Shown piece by piece: positions 17,498 to 26,469 of a stretch of DNA of 44,770 nt (its first letter is position 1; each line of letters opens with the position of its first letter). The notes beneath the pieces are model-generated. The model was given only the letters and a program-made list of their open reading frames with translations, had not been told where the DNA came from and did not search any database. Origin of the DNA: Clostridiales bacterium (GTDB taxonomy: Bacteria; Bacillota; Clostridia; Peptostreptococcales; Anaerovoracaceae). The stretch covers positions 1 to 44,770 of the forward strand of contig JAAZGD010000057.1 of assembly GCA_012511395.1 (NCBI GenBank), given 5' to 3'. The position numbers were made by a program, and so were the translations under genes.

Positions 17498-17663
17498 GAA
17501 ATGTAATGTAGAGATGGTGATTCTGGAAGCAGATTTCTCCTACTTAAAGAGATCCTTCAGACATCCTGTATACAGGTGTCCTTCCTGTGGCCAGGTCTAT
17601 ATCCCGGAAGAGCTGGCAAAGGGCAGGATGCAGGAAGTGGAAACCCTTCTTGAGGATAAATAG
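17469..17663 (+). CDS. Small zinc-ribbon (2x CxxC) protein
   Basis: A GGAGGAGG SD lies 6 nt before the ATG. The motifs are CEKC...CPSCG. It overlaps the last 29 nt of the upstream gene. Confidence 0.65.
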   Translation: MDEKETIICEKCNVEMVILEADFSYLKRSFRHPVYRCPSCGQVYIPEELAKGRMQEVETLLEDK

Positions 17664-17680
17664 AAAAAAGGAGTAGGGAA

Positions 17681-18373
17681 ATGGATATTTACGGTATACA
17701 AAAGGTTACGCTTCTTGACTATCCTGACAAGGTGGCCTGTACAGTTTTCACAGGAGGCTGTAACTTTAAATGTCCCTTCTGTCATAACAAACTTCTTATA
17801 GGAGAAGTTCCGGCAGAACCTGTGATGGAGGGAGAAGAATTTTTTAAGTTCCTTGATTCAAGAAAGGGCTTGCTTGACGGTGTTTGCATTTCAGGAGGAG
17901 AACCTCTTGTACAGCCTGACCTTGAAGACTTCATTAAAGGTATTAAGCAGAGGGGATTTTTAGTAAAGCTTGATACAAACGGCAGCTATCCCGAAAGGTT
18001 AAAGAGCCTGGTGGAAAAGGGCCTCATAGATTATGTGGCCATGGATATTAAGAACTCAAGGGGAAAGTATGGTAAAACAGCAGGGCTTGATATAGTGCCT
18101 TTAACAGCCATTGAAGAAACGGTGGAATATCTTCTGGGAGGTCCTGTAGACTATGAATTCAGGACTACAGTTCTGCGGGATTTTCATGAGGAAGAAGATT
18201 TTAATGAAATAGCCCAATGGATTAAGGGTGGAAAAAGGTATTTTATTCAGAACTTTGAGGATTCAGACGGTGTTTTAGTGCCGGGGCTGTCTCCTTATGA
18301 GAAGGAAGATTTGGAAAAGTTTGCTGATATTTTAAGAAAAACCATGGAATATGTGGAAATCAGAGGAATTTAG
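17681..18373 (+). CDS. nrdG: Anaerobic ribonucleoside-triphosphate reductase activating protein (radical SAM)
   Basis: YPDKVACTVFTGGCNFKCPFCHN contains the CxxxCxxC cluster motif. GVCISGGEPL is also present. The 230-aa length is typical of the NrdG class. Confidence 0.85.
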   Translation: MDIYGIQKVTLLDYPDKVACTVFTGGCNFKCPFCHNKLLIGEVPAEPVMEGEEFFKFLDSRKGLLDGVCISGGEPLVQPDLEDFIKGIKQRGFLVKLDTNGSYPERLKSLVEKGLIDYVAMDIKNSRGKYGKTAGLDIVPLTAIEETVEYLLGGPVDYEFRTTVLRDFHEEEDFNEIAQWIKGGKRYFIQNFEDSDGVLVPGLSPYEKEDLEKFADILRKTMEYVEIRGI

Positions 18374-18377
18374 AATA

Positions 18378-18424
18378 CCACTACATGTTGTTGTGTTATT
18401 AAAATATTTATCTATATCTTGTGT
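18378..18424 (+). promoter_or_regulatory. Two candidate NrdR boxes
   Basis: CCACTACATGTTGTTG (18378-18393) and TATCTATATCTTGTGT (18409-18424) match the ACACTATATATAGTGT-type consensus at roughly 10/16 and 11/16. They are spaced 31 bp apart, just upstream of the nrdD promoter. Confidence 0.5.
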
Positions 18425-18432
18425 AAAACCTC

Positions 18433-18461
18433 TTGACTGTGATACTGGCAAGGTATATTAT
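18433..18461 (+). promoter_or_regulatory. nrdD promoter
   Basis: TTGACT (18433-18438), a 17-nt spacer, then TATTAT (18456-18461). Confidence 0.6.
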
Positions 18462-18505
18462 GTAGGCACACATAAGGGAGAATAAAAGTAGGTCAAGAAA
18501 GGTAA

Positions 18506-20896
18506 ATGGGTGGAGTCATGTATAAAGTAGAAAAAAGGGACGGCAAAGTAGTTGACTTTGATATAACGAAAATAAGTAAAGCGATTACCCAGGCCTTTGA
18601 AGCTGAAAACATGGAATATAACCAGGACATAGTGGATTTTCTGGCGTTGAAAGTCACCTCAGACTATGAGCCAAAGGTGAAAGACGGCCTTATAGGCGTT
18701 GAAGACATTCAGGACAGCGTGGAAGGCGTACTCATTAAAGCCGGTTATACCGATGTGGCAAAGTGCTATATCCTTTATCGTAAGCAGCGAGAAAAGATAC
18801 GTAATATGAAATCCACCATCCTTGACTACAAGGAGATTGTGGATAACTACGTTCATTTAAATGACTGGAGGGTAAAGGAAAATTCCACAGTTACTTATTC
18901 GGTAGGAGGCCTCATCTTAAGCAACTCAGGAGCAATAACCGCAAACTATTGGCTCTCTGAGATTTATGATGAAGAGATAGCAAGAGCCCATAGAAATGCA
19001 GACCTGCACATTCATGACCTTTCCATGCTGACAGGCTACTGCGCGGGCTGGTCTTTAAAGCAGCTTATTGAAGAGGGCTTAGGCGGGATTCCCGGCAAAA
19101 TAACTTCATCTCCTGCAAGTCATCTTGCTACTTTGTGCAACCAGATGGTTAACTTTTTAGGTATTATGCAAAATGAATGGGCAGGAGCCCAGGCTTTTTC
19201 TTCTTTTGATACATACCTTGCACCTTTTGTAAAGGTGGACAACCTGACCTTTGACGAAACAAAAAAGAGCATAGAGTCCTTCGTATACGGCGTCAACACA
19301 CCATCAAGATGGGGAACTCAGGCTCCCTTTTCCAATATAACACTGGACTGGACCGTGCCTAACGATATGGCAGAGCTGCCATGTATAGTAGGCGGCAAAA
19401 AGATGGATTTTAAATATAAAGACTGTAAGGAAGAAATGGATATGGTAAACAAGGCCTTCTTAGAAGTTATGATTGAAGGCGATGCCAACGGAAGAGGATT
19501 CCAGTATCCCATTCCCACATATTCCATTACAAAGGATTTTGACTGGTCTGAAACTGAAAACAATAAACTCTTATTCGAAATGACCGCAAAGTACGGCACT
19601 CCATATTTTTCAAATTATATTAACAGCGATATGGAGCCAAACGATGTAAGAAGCATGTGCTGTAGGTTAAGACTGGACTTAAGAGAGCTGAGAAAGAAGT
19701 CAGGAGGCTTCTTTGGATCAGGGGAAAGCACAGGCTCCATAGGAGTAGTGACCATTAACATGCCAAGAATAGCCTTTTTATCAAAGGATAAAGAGGAATT
19801 CTTCAAAAAACTGGACAAGATGATGGACATAAGCGCCCGTTCTCTCAAGGTGAAAAGAGATATTATAACGAGACTTCTTGAGGAGGGACTCTATCCATAC
19901 ACCAAGAGATACTTGGGGAATTTTGAAAACCACTTCTCAACCATAGGGCTTTTGGGAATGAATGAAGCTTGCCTTAATGCACCATGGATTAAGAAGGATA
20001 TGGCCCACGGGGAAGCTCAGGAGTTTACAAAGGAAGTTTTAAATCATATGAGAGATCGCCTTTCTGATTATCAGGAAATGTACGGAGACCTCTATAATCT
20101 GGAAGCAACTCCTGCAGAATCAACCACCTATAGATTGGCTAAACACGATAAGGAAAGATATCCTGAAATTATTACGGCGGCAGAAGAAGGGGGAACTCCT
20201 TATTACACAAACAGTTCCCATCTTCCTGTAAGCTTTACAGAAGATATATTCTCAGCTCTTGATATTCAGGACCGGCTTCAGACTCTATATACTTCAGGGA
20301 CAGTATTCCATGCCTTCTTAGGTGAGAAGCTGCCCTCCTACAGTTCTGCCATGAATCTTGTAAGAAAGATAGCCGAAAACTATCATCTGCCTTACTACAC
20401 CATGAGCCCTACTTATTCAGTATGTAAAAACCATGGTTATCTGGCGGGAGAATATAAAGAGTGCCCTGATTGCCACGAAGAGACAGAAGTGTACAGCAGG
20501 ATTACAGGCTACTATCGCCCTGTAAAGAACTGGAATGCAGGAAAAACTCAGGAATATAAAGAGAGAAAGCTCTATATTCCGGAAAACTCTGTTTTAACTG
20601 AGAGGGAAAGGGTAAAGAGTAATCTGGCTTCCAAAGGAAATGGTTTTTCCTACGGAGGTATTATGGAAGACGGAGTATACTTGTTCACCACAAAGACCTG
20701 CCCTAACTGTAAAATGGCAAAAGGCTTTCTTGAGACTGCAGGAGTGGAATATACTGCGGTAGATGCTGAGGATAATCTTGAGATGACAAAGCTTTTAAAC
20801 GTAAATATGGCACCTACCCTTGTGGTGGTAAGGGGAGAAGAACTGAACAGATATAACAATGCTTCCGATATAAAGAGATATTTAGAGGCGAAATAA
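18506..20896 (+). CDS. nrdD: Anaerobic (class III) ribonucleoside-triphosphate reductase with a C-terminal fused glutaredoxin/thioredoxin-like domain
   Basis: It has an ATP-cone N-terminus (KVEKRDGKVVDFDITKI), an MCCRLRL loop, Zn Cys residues (CKNHG...CPDC) and the glycyl radical motif RITGYYRPVKNWNAGK. About 100 extra residues follow, with YLFTTKTCPNCKMAKGFL...APTLVV. An alternative start lies at 18518. Confidence 0.9.
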   Translation: MGGVMYKVEKRDGKVVDFDITKISKAITQAFEAENMEYNQDIVDFLALKVTSDYEPKVKDGLIGVEDIQDSVEGVLIKAGYTDVAKCYILYRKQREKIRNMKSTILDYKEIVDNYVHLNDWRVKENSTVTYSVGGLILSNSGAITANYWLSEIYDEEIARAHRNADLHIHDLSMLTGYCAGWSLKQLIEEGLGGIPGKITSSPASHLATLCNQMVNFLGIMQNEWAGAQAFSSFDTYLAPFVKVDNLTFDETKKSIESFVYGVNTPSRWGTQAPFSNITLDWTVPNDMAELPCIVGGKKMDFKYKDCKEEMDMVNKAFLEVMIEGDANGRGFQYPIPTYSITKDFDWSETENNKLLFEMTAKYGTPYFSNYINSDMEPNDVRSMCCRLRLDLRELRKKSGGFFGSGESTGSIGVVTINMPRIAFLSKDKEEFFKKLDKMMDISARSLKVKRDIITRLLEEGLYPYTKRYLGNFENHFSTIGLLGMNEACLNAPWIKKDMAHGEAQEFTKEVLNHMRDRLSDYQEMYGDLYNLEATPAESTTYRLAKHDKERYPEIITAAEEGGTPYYTNSSHLPVSFTEDIFSALDIQDRLQTLYTSGTVFHAFLGEKLPSYSSAMNLVRKIAENYHLPYYTMSPTYSVCKNHGYLAGEYKECPDCHEETEVYSRITGYYRPVKNWNAGKTQEYKERKLYIPENSVLTERERVKSNLASKGNGFSYGGIMEDGVYLFTTKTCPNCKMAKGFLETAGVEYTAVDAEDNLEMTKLLNVNMAPTLVVVRGEELNRYNNASDIKRYLEAK

Positions 20897-20910
20897 GGCG
20901 GAGGTTTTAA

Positions 20911-21822
20911 ATGAAGGACATCACAATAATAGGAGGCGGTTGTGCAGGTTTAACGGCAGCCGTGTACGGAGCAAGGGCAGGAAAGGATGTGCTGGTTCTT
21001 GAAGGAGGAGTTCTTGGGGGACAGATAAGCTATTCTCCAAGAGTGGAAAACTATCCTTCCATTCAATCCATCAGCGGCGCAGATTTTTCCGAACAGCTCT
21101 ACGAGCAGGCCCTGTCACTTGGAGTATCAGTTGAGTTTACAGAGGTTACGGAAGTAAAGGAGAAGGACAACCATTTCGTTGTAGTTACAGGTCAAGGTGA
21201 GTTTGAAACTAGGACGGTGGTAATTGCAACAGGTGTAAAACACAGAGCTCTGGATATAGACGGAGAGAAGGCTATGGCAGGTCATGGCGTGTCATATTGT
21301 GCCACATGTGACGGAGCCTTTTTCAGAAACCAAAAGGTGGCTGTTGTGGGAGGCGGAAACACTGCACTTCTGGGAGCGGAATACTTGTCTTCAATCTGTG
21401 ATCACGTTACCCTTATTCACAGACGGGATGCCTTCAGGGGAGAAGAGGCTTTAGTAAAGAGGCTTAGAGAGAAGGATAATGTAACCTTGATGACTCCTTA
21501 TGTAGTAACGAAAATTGAAGGGGAAGGAGCATTAAAGGGAGCCATAGTTAAAAATGTTAAAGACGAAAGTGAAACATCTTTGGATGTAAGCGGAATTTTC
21601 GTTTTAGCAGGTCAAATTCCAAACAATGACCTGTTTAAGGATTTGGTTAAGCTTACAGAGGGCGGATTTATAGATGCTAAAGAAGACTGCAAAACTTCAA
21701 GGCCCGGAATATTTGTGGCAGGAGACTGCAGGGAAAAAACTGTAAGACAATTGACCACAGCAGCGGCTGACGGAACGGTGGCGGCCCTTGCAGCATCTTC
21801 ATACATAGATGAGAATTTTTAA
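20911..21822 (+). CDS. trxB: Thioredoxin-disulfide reductase (low-Mr, NADPH type)
   Basis: The motifs are GGGCAGLTAA (FAD), the redox-active site CATCDG, GGGNTA with HRRDAFR (NADPH), and FVAGDC. Confidence 0.9.
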   Translation: MKDITIIGGGCAGLTAAVYGARAGKDVLVLEGGVLGGQISYSPRVENYPSIQSISGADFSEQLYEQALSLGVSVEFTEVTEVKEKDNHFVVVTGQGEFETRTVVIATGVKHRALDIDGEKAMAGHGVSYCATCDGAFFRNQKVAVVGGGNTALLGAEYLSSICDHVTLIHRRDAFRGEEALVKRLREKDNVTLMTPYVVTKIEGEGALKGAIVKNVKDESETSLDVSGIFVLAGQIPNNDLFKDLVKLTEGGFIDAKEDCKTSRPGIFVAGDCREKTVRQLTTAAADGTVAALAASSYIDENF

Positions 21823-21902
21823 TCTTTTCGAGGAACAGGCTTAAACCTTAAGAAATCCTTTGGAAGGAATGCAGCTGATTTAAAAACAACCTGGAGAGCG
21901 AC

Positions 21903-22562
21903 ATGGAACTGGATCAAATATTAAAACAACGACAAAGCATCCGCAAGTTCAAAAATGTGGATATTCCCGATTCGGATATTGAGGAAATGGTCAAGGCGGC
22001 CGGTACTGCCCCTTCGGGAAAGAATATTCAAAACTGGTATTTTGTGGCTATAAAGCAGGAAGCTGCCAAAAAAGCCATTGGGGAAATCATTGAGAAGAAG
22101 AAGGAAGGAATTGCCCGTAAAATGGACGAGGTTGACGGGGATAAGGCAGCACGTTTTCGTAAGTTTGTGAAGAACTTTACCTTCTTTGCCACAGGTGCCC
22201 CTGTGCTGTTTCTGGTTTTTGCCGAAAACTATTACCCTTCCGGCTATAGGGAATATGAGCTCATAAACGCTCCCCGGGAAGTATTGGATGACCTGCTTTA
22301 CCATCGTAACCCCGGCATGCAATCAATAGGAGCCCTTCTTCAAACCTTTAGCTTAAAAGCCGTGGATATGGGCTATGGAACGTGCTGGCTCACCAGTGCC
22401 AATTATGCGGGAGAGGAAATCCAAAAATGGGCTCAGGATGAGGGGATTTTCTTCAAAGAGAACTATTTCCTTGCGGCCATGATGGCTCTCGGGGTTCAGG
22501 AAGAAGGAGCCAGAAGTCCGGGACGAAAAACGTTAGAAGAAATATATACGCTGATCAAATAA
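21903..22562 (+). CDS. Nitroreductase-family flavoprotein
   Basis: The N-terminus ILKQRQSIRKFKN...IPDSDIEEMVKAAGTAPSGKNIQNWYFV is the classic nitroreductase signature. Confidence 0.8.
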   Translation: MELDQILKQRQSIRKFKNVDIPDSDIEEMVKAAGTAPSGKNIQNWYFVAIKQEAAKKAIGEIIEKKKEGIARKMDEVDGDKAARFRKFVKNFTFFATGAPVLFLVFAENYYPSGYREYELINAPREVLDDLLYHRNPGMQSIGALLQTFSLKAVDMGYGTCWLTSANYAGEEIQKWAQDEGIFFKENYFLAAMMALGVQEEGARSPGRKTLEEIYTLIK

Positions 22563-22596
22563 AGTAATTAAAGCTTTTAAGAGAATATATTGAAAT

Positions 22597-22632
22597 AAAA
22601 GGGAAGTATCACCATAGATACTTCCCTTTTTT
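22597..22632. terminator. Bidirectional rho-independent terminator between convergent operons
   Basis: The stem is GGGAAGTATC (22601-22610) / GATACTTCCC (22617-22626) with a 6-nt loop. AAAA flanks it on the left and TTTTTT on the right. Confidence 0.75.
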
Positions 22633-22674
22633 AAGGTTTGATTTCCATGGAACCAGAGTGGTCTTTTTATTTTG

Positions 22675-23613
22675 TTATCTCAGGAAACCTTGCAAAATTT
22701 TCTCTTCTGCCTCTTCTTCTGTAAGGCCCAGGGCCATCAGCTTAATGAGCTGCTCGGAGTTTATCTTTCCTAAGGCAGCCTCATGTACCAGCTGAGCATC
22801 CTGATGGTAAGCGGTGATTTCAGGTACGGAAGAAACTACAGCTTCATCCATTATGATGGAATCACACTGTATATGGCCACGGGACTCTTCATAGCCTCTT
22901 AAATTTAAGTGGAACACCTGCTTTGATTTTCCCATGGCTACAGAACGGGAAATGATTTGGGCTGTAGAGTCTTTGCCTTTAAGCTCCACCGTCACATTTG
23001 ATTCAGCCTCCTGAGCTTCGTCAGTCAACAGCCTTTCTGTCACTATGAGCTTTGCATTTTTCTCAAGATATACATCTGTATCTCTCACAGTTTTGTCAAC
23101 GCCTCTTATTTGAATCATTTCCAGCTCAGCTACACCATTTTCTTTAATATGAATAATGGTCTTGGGGTTTAAAATCTTTTCCCCCCTGCCTTTGCCCTCG
23201 CCATAATGTTTTTCCACATACTTCATTCTGGCATTTTTTTCTATGAAAAACTCATGGATGCCGTCGTGTTGGGATGTAGCTTCCGAGTCGTTATGAATAC
23301 CGCACCCTGCAACTATTTCCACATCAGAGTCTTCCCCCACCAAAAAGGTATTGTAGACAAGGTCATTCATGGACTGTGAAAGGATTACAGGAATATGAAC
23401 GCTTTCATTTTTCGTCCCGGGTTTTATAATAACATCAATACCCGGCTTATCCTTCTTCGTTACGATGTTAATGTTCTCTGTAGTATTCCTTAATACGCCT
23501 TCGCCGTTTTTCCTTATGTTATATGCACCCTTTGGCATATCGTGAATATTTGCCACCTCTTCCAAAAGAGTTTTATGTGTCACATCCAGCAATTGCACGC
23601 CCTCCTTTATCAC
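22675..23613 (-). CDS. SufB/SufD-family Fe-S assembly scaffold protein
   Basis: 312 aa. The N-terminus LLEEVANIHDMPKGAYNIRKNGEG and a beta-helix-like repeat region are typical of clostridial SufBD proteins. The likely true start is TTG at 23592, preceded by AAGGAGGG. Confidence 0.7.
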   Translation of the reverse strand: MIKEGVQLLDVTHKTLLEEVANIHDMPKGAYNIRKNGEGVLRNTTENINIVTKKDKPGIDVIIKPGTKNESVHIPVILSQSMNDLVYNTFLVGEDSDVEIVAGCGIHNDSEATSQHDGIHEFFIEKNARMKYVEKHYGEGKGRGEKILNPKTIIHIKENGVAELEMIQIRGVDKTVRDTDVYLEKNAKLIVTERLLTDEAQEAESNVTVELKGKDSTAQIISRSVAMGKSKQVFHLNLRGYEESRGHIQCDSIIMDEAVVSSVPEITAYHQDAQLVHEAALGKINSEQLIKLMALGLTEEEAEEKILQGFLR

Positions 23614-24325
23614 AGTTCTGCCTGCAGCGGCAGTCTGTATCTATGAGTTCTATTTCGGAAAGAATTTTTTCTTTCGTAGTAATATCAGAAACCATACCAT
23701 CCTCTAAAACTATTACCTGATCTGCCAGCTTAATAATTCTGTCCTGGTGAGAGATGATGATAATAGTGGTGTCATGGTTCCGGTTCATGTTCTCAAAGGT
23801 TTCAGACAGCCTTTGAAAGCTCCATAAATCTATACGTGCTTCAGTCTCATCGAAAATAGCCACCTTAAGATCTTTGGCAAGTATGGAGGCTATCTCCACA
23901 CGCTTTAACTCTCCTCCCGAGAAGGTGGCATTAAGCTCCCTATCAAGATAGTCTTGAGCACAAAGGCCCACGTCATATAGAAGGTCACAAGGATTTTGCA
24001 CCTTGCCGCCTCCTGCCATATCAAGGAGCTGACTGACCTTTATGCCTTTAAACCGAGGGGGCTGTTGAAAGCCGTAGCCTATACCAAGATTAGCTCTTTC
24101 GTTAATCTTCATATCGGTTATGTCCACACCGTCTAAAAGGATCTGACCACTTGTAGCCTTATAAATTCCCATTATGGCCTTAGCAAGAGAAGACTTGCCA
24201 CCGCCGTTTGGGCCTGTAATTACATATATCTTTTTCCTATGAAAGGAGAGGTTAATATTTTTCAATATTTCCTTTTCCCCCTCCAAATCCTTTAAGGTTA
24301 AACTTAAATCTTTTATCTCTATCAT
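23573..24325 (-). CDS. sufC: SufC-like ABC ATPase with a Cys-rich C-terminal tail
   Basis: The motifs are Walker A GPNGGGKSS, signature FSGGELKR and Walker B VAIFDETEA. The tail is DTDCRCRQNCDKGGRAIAGCDT. I placed the start at MIEIKDL (SD GGAGG 8 nt upstream). Confidence 0.7.
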   Translation of the reverse strand: MIEIKDLSLTLKDLEGEKEILKNINLSFHRKKIYVITGPNGGGKSSLAKAIMGIYKATSGQILLDGVDITDMKINERANLGIGYGFQQPPRFKGIKVSQLLDMAGGGKVQNPCDLLYDVGLCAQDYLDRELNATFSGGELKRVEIASILAKDLKVAIFDETEARIDLWSFQRLSETFENMNRNHDTTIIIISHQDRIIKLADQVIVLEDGMVSDITTKEKILSEIELIDTDCRCRQNCDKGGRAIAGCDT

Positions 24326-24375
24326 TTCAAAATCCTCCACATGTCTATTTATTCCACCAAAGGAGGAAATGAAAC

Positions 24376-24405
24376 AAAAAAAGCCCTAAAAGGGCTTTTT
24401 TAAAA
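24376..24405 (-). terminator. Possible terminator or attenuator between the NifX-like gene and sufC-like
   Basis: An AAAAAAGCCC / GGGCTTTTTT hairpin with a 5-nt loop and a T-run on the minus strand. The GC core is short. Confidence 0.45.
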
Positions 24406-24418
24406 AGACTTCTTGGTG

Positions 24419-24757
24419 TTAATGATTATGCTCTTTACAAGGTCCGCCCTTTCCCTCAAGGTCTCCTCTTAAGTACGCTAATACAGCATCCTCCGCAAGA
24501 CCGTTCGCACCTAAGGCTACTTCAATATTGTTCTCATTAAAAATATCGATAGCTCCTTGCCCCATACCTCCTGAGATTATTACATTTACTCCATGCTCAT
24601 GTAAAAACAGGGGAAGGAACCCGGGCTTGTGGCCGGGGTTTGGTACTGTTTCAAAGGATTCTATCTCACAGTCTGATACTTGGAAAATATGGAAGCTTTC
24701 ACAGTGGCCAAAGTGGTCTGTGACTCTGTTTCCATCACTTGCTACAGCGATTTTCAT
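24419..24757 (-). CDS. NifB/NifX-family (dinitrogenase FeMo-cofactor-binding domain) protein
   Basis: MKIAVASDGNRVTDHFGHCESFHIF...VNVIISGGMGQGAIDIF is the typical Nitro_FeMo-Co domain pattern. Confidence 0.75.
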   Translation of the reverse strand: MKIAVASDGNRVTDHFGHCESFHIFQVSDCEIESFETVPNPGHKPGFLPLFLHEHGVNVIISGGMGQGAIDIFNENNIEVALGANGLAEDAVLAYLRGDLEGKGGPCKEHNH

Positions 24758-24769
24758 GTATTGTTCCTC

Positions 24770-25591
24770 CTATAAATTTATTTGTAAACCTGTATATTGA
24801 TAGTCGATTTGATCTTTTAAGCGTTCCTTTAACAATTCATAAGCCGGCAATCCTGTGCAGTGGCAGGTGTAATACTTTGAGGGCTTATCTTTTAAGTAGT
24901 CTGAAAGACTTATTACAAGCTCTGAATTATCGGGATCCCCTTCTTCTCTGAAAAGATGGAAGCCTCCTAAAACGAAATCAGGGTATGCTTTTCTTTCTTT
25001 ATAGTACTGCTCCATAATATTTGCTATACCGCTGTGAGCACAGCCTATGAAGAGGTATGTTTTATCATTTTCTGTAATTATCATGCTCTGCTCATGAGCA
25101 AAATCATCTAAAGACTGATCTCCGTCTTTATCAATAAATAGTTGAGAGTTTCCCGGAGGATTCATAAGGGAACCTTTTACTCCTGAAAAAATCTCCACCC
25201 CTTTCATAATCTCCATCCTCTGGGGAGGGAAAACTATTTGAGGTAAATCAAAGAAGGATTTGTCCACCCCGATATAGACTACCCGCCCGTCATTTTCATG
25301 GGCATAAAAATCGCTAAAGCCTTCATGGCGTATATATATTTTGGCTTTTTTGTTAAGCTCTGTGAAAGCTTTAATACCGCCTGTATGGTCGTAGTGACCG
25401 TGTGATACCACGCAGAAGTCTACGTCCTTAAGAGGTACCTTCATCTTCTCCGCATTTTCTATAAAATTGGGGCTTGCCCCAAAATCAAAGAGAATGTTTT
25501 TGCCTAAAGCCTCTATGTATAGAGAAAGGCCATGCTCCTTGTGGAACTCAGGGCTCATACTTTCATTTTCAATCAGAACAGATAATTTCAT
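24770..25591 (-). CDS. MBL-fold metallo-hydrolase (COG1237-like)
   Basis: The N-terminus is MKLSVLIEN. The metal-binding motif VVSHGHYDHTGG is present, along with a later GCAHSG and CHC. Confidence 0.75.
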   Translation of the reverse strand: MKLSVLIENESMSPEFHKEHGLSLYIEALGKNILFDFGASPNFIENAEKMKVPLKDVDFCVVSHGHYDHTGGIKAFTELNKKAKIYIRHEGFSDFYAHENDGRVVYIGVDKSFFDLPQIVFPPQRMEIMKGVEIFSGVKGSLMNPPGNSQLFIDKDGDQSLDDFAHEQSMIITENDKTYLFIGCAHSGIANIMEQYYKERKAYPDFVLGGFHLFREEGDPDNSELVISLSDYLKDKPSKYYTCHCTGLPAYELLKERLKDQIDYQYTGLQINL

Positions 25592-25602
25592 AGGACACCT
25601 CC

Positions 25603-26469
25603 TTATTCGAGCACCATGTTTTTAATATCGGGGAACATTGATCTTAGAGCGTCGCCCGCCTTTGTAGCTGTGTGTACAATGGAAACTCCCTTGTTCACAG
25701 CATTGACAGCTTCAGTGTCGTAGGGAATTTGGCCCAGGAAGGGAATGTTTTCATTTTTTAAATACTCCCGGATCAGATTGCTGTTCTCTTCGTTTATATC
25801 GTACTTGTTGATTATAACACAACATTTAACATTGAAACCCTCTGCAGTTTTTAAAATTCTTTTCATATCGCTTATGCCTGTGAGAGAAGGCTCTGTAACG
25901 ATTAAGGCAAGGTCCACTCCTGAAAGGGAAGCTATGACAGGACATCCGATTCCGGGGGATCCGTCAAGAATAGCCAGATCGCCTTTCAAGTCCTGTTCAA
26001 AGAGTCTGGTTTTCACGCTTGTTACGAGAAGGCCTGAGTTTCCCGCTCCGATTTTCAGTTGGGCGGTGGAAAAGGTTTTATCGTCATCCTTATAAAGCAT
26101 CAGCTCCCCTGATTTTTCTGGAAGGATTGAGACTGCATCATGGGGACAAACAAAATGGCAGACGCCGCAGCCTTCACAGCTTATGGGATCTACTCTGTAT
26201 GTGTCGATTATAATTTCTATGGCATCAAAGCGGCAGTGCTCGTAGCATAAATTACAGGAGATGCACTTGTCTGTGTCTATGTATGCCTTAGGCAGGCCGT
26301 AATAATCCTTAAAATCATAAACCTCTTTATGGTTGAGAGTTAAATGAAGATTAGGTGTATCCACATCGCAGTCTGCGTAGGACAGACAATTAAACAATTC
26401 TATTAAGGCTGTGGCCACCGTTGTTTTCCCGGTGCCGCCTTTACCGCTTAAAACCAGCAGTTTTTTCAC
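25603..26469 (-). CDS. MinD/ParA-type P-loop ATPase with an inserted 2x[4Fe-4S] ferredoxin domain
   Basis: It has a deviant Walker A (SGKGGTGKTT) and the ferredoxin motifs CISCNLCYEHC and CEGCGVCHFVCP. Confidence 0.8.
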   Translation of the reverse strand: MKKLLVLSGKGGTGKTTVATALIELFNCLSYADCDVDTPNLHLTLNHKEVYDFKDYYGLPKAYIDTDKCISCNLCYEHCRFDAIEIIIDTYRVDPISCEGCGVCHFVCPHDAVSILPEKSGELMLYKDDDKTFSTAQLKIGAGNSGLLVTSVKTRLFEQDLKGDLAILDGSPGIGCPVIASLSGVDLALIVTEPSLTGISDMKRILKTAEGFNVKCCVIINKYDINEENSNLIREYLKNENIPFLGQIPYDTEAVNAVNKGVSIVHTATKAGDALRSMFPDIKNMVLE

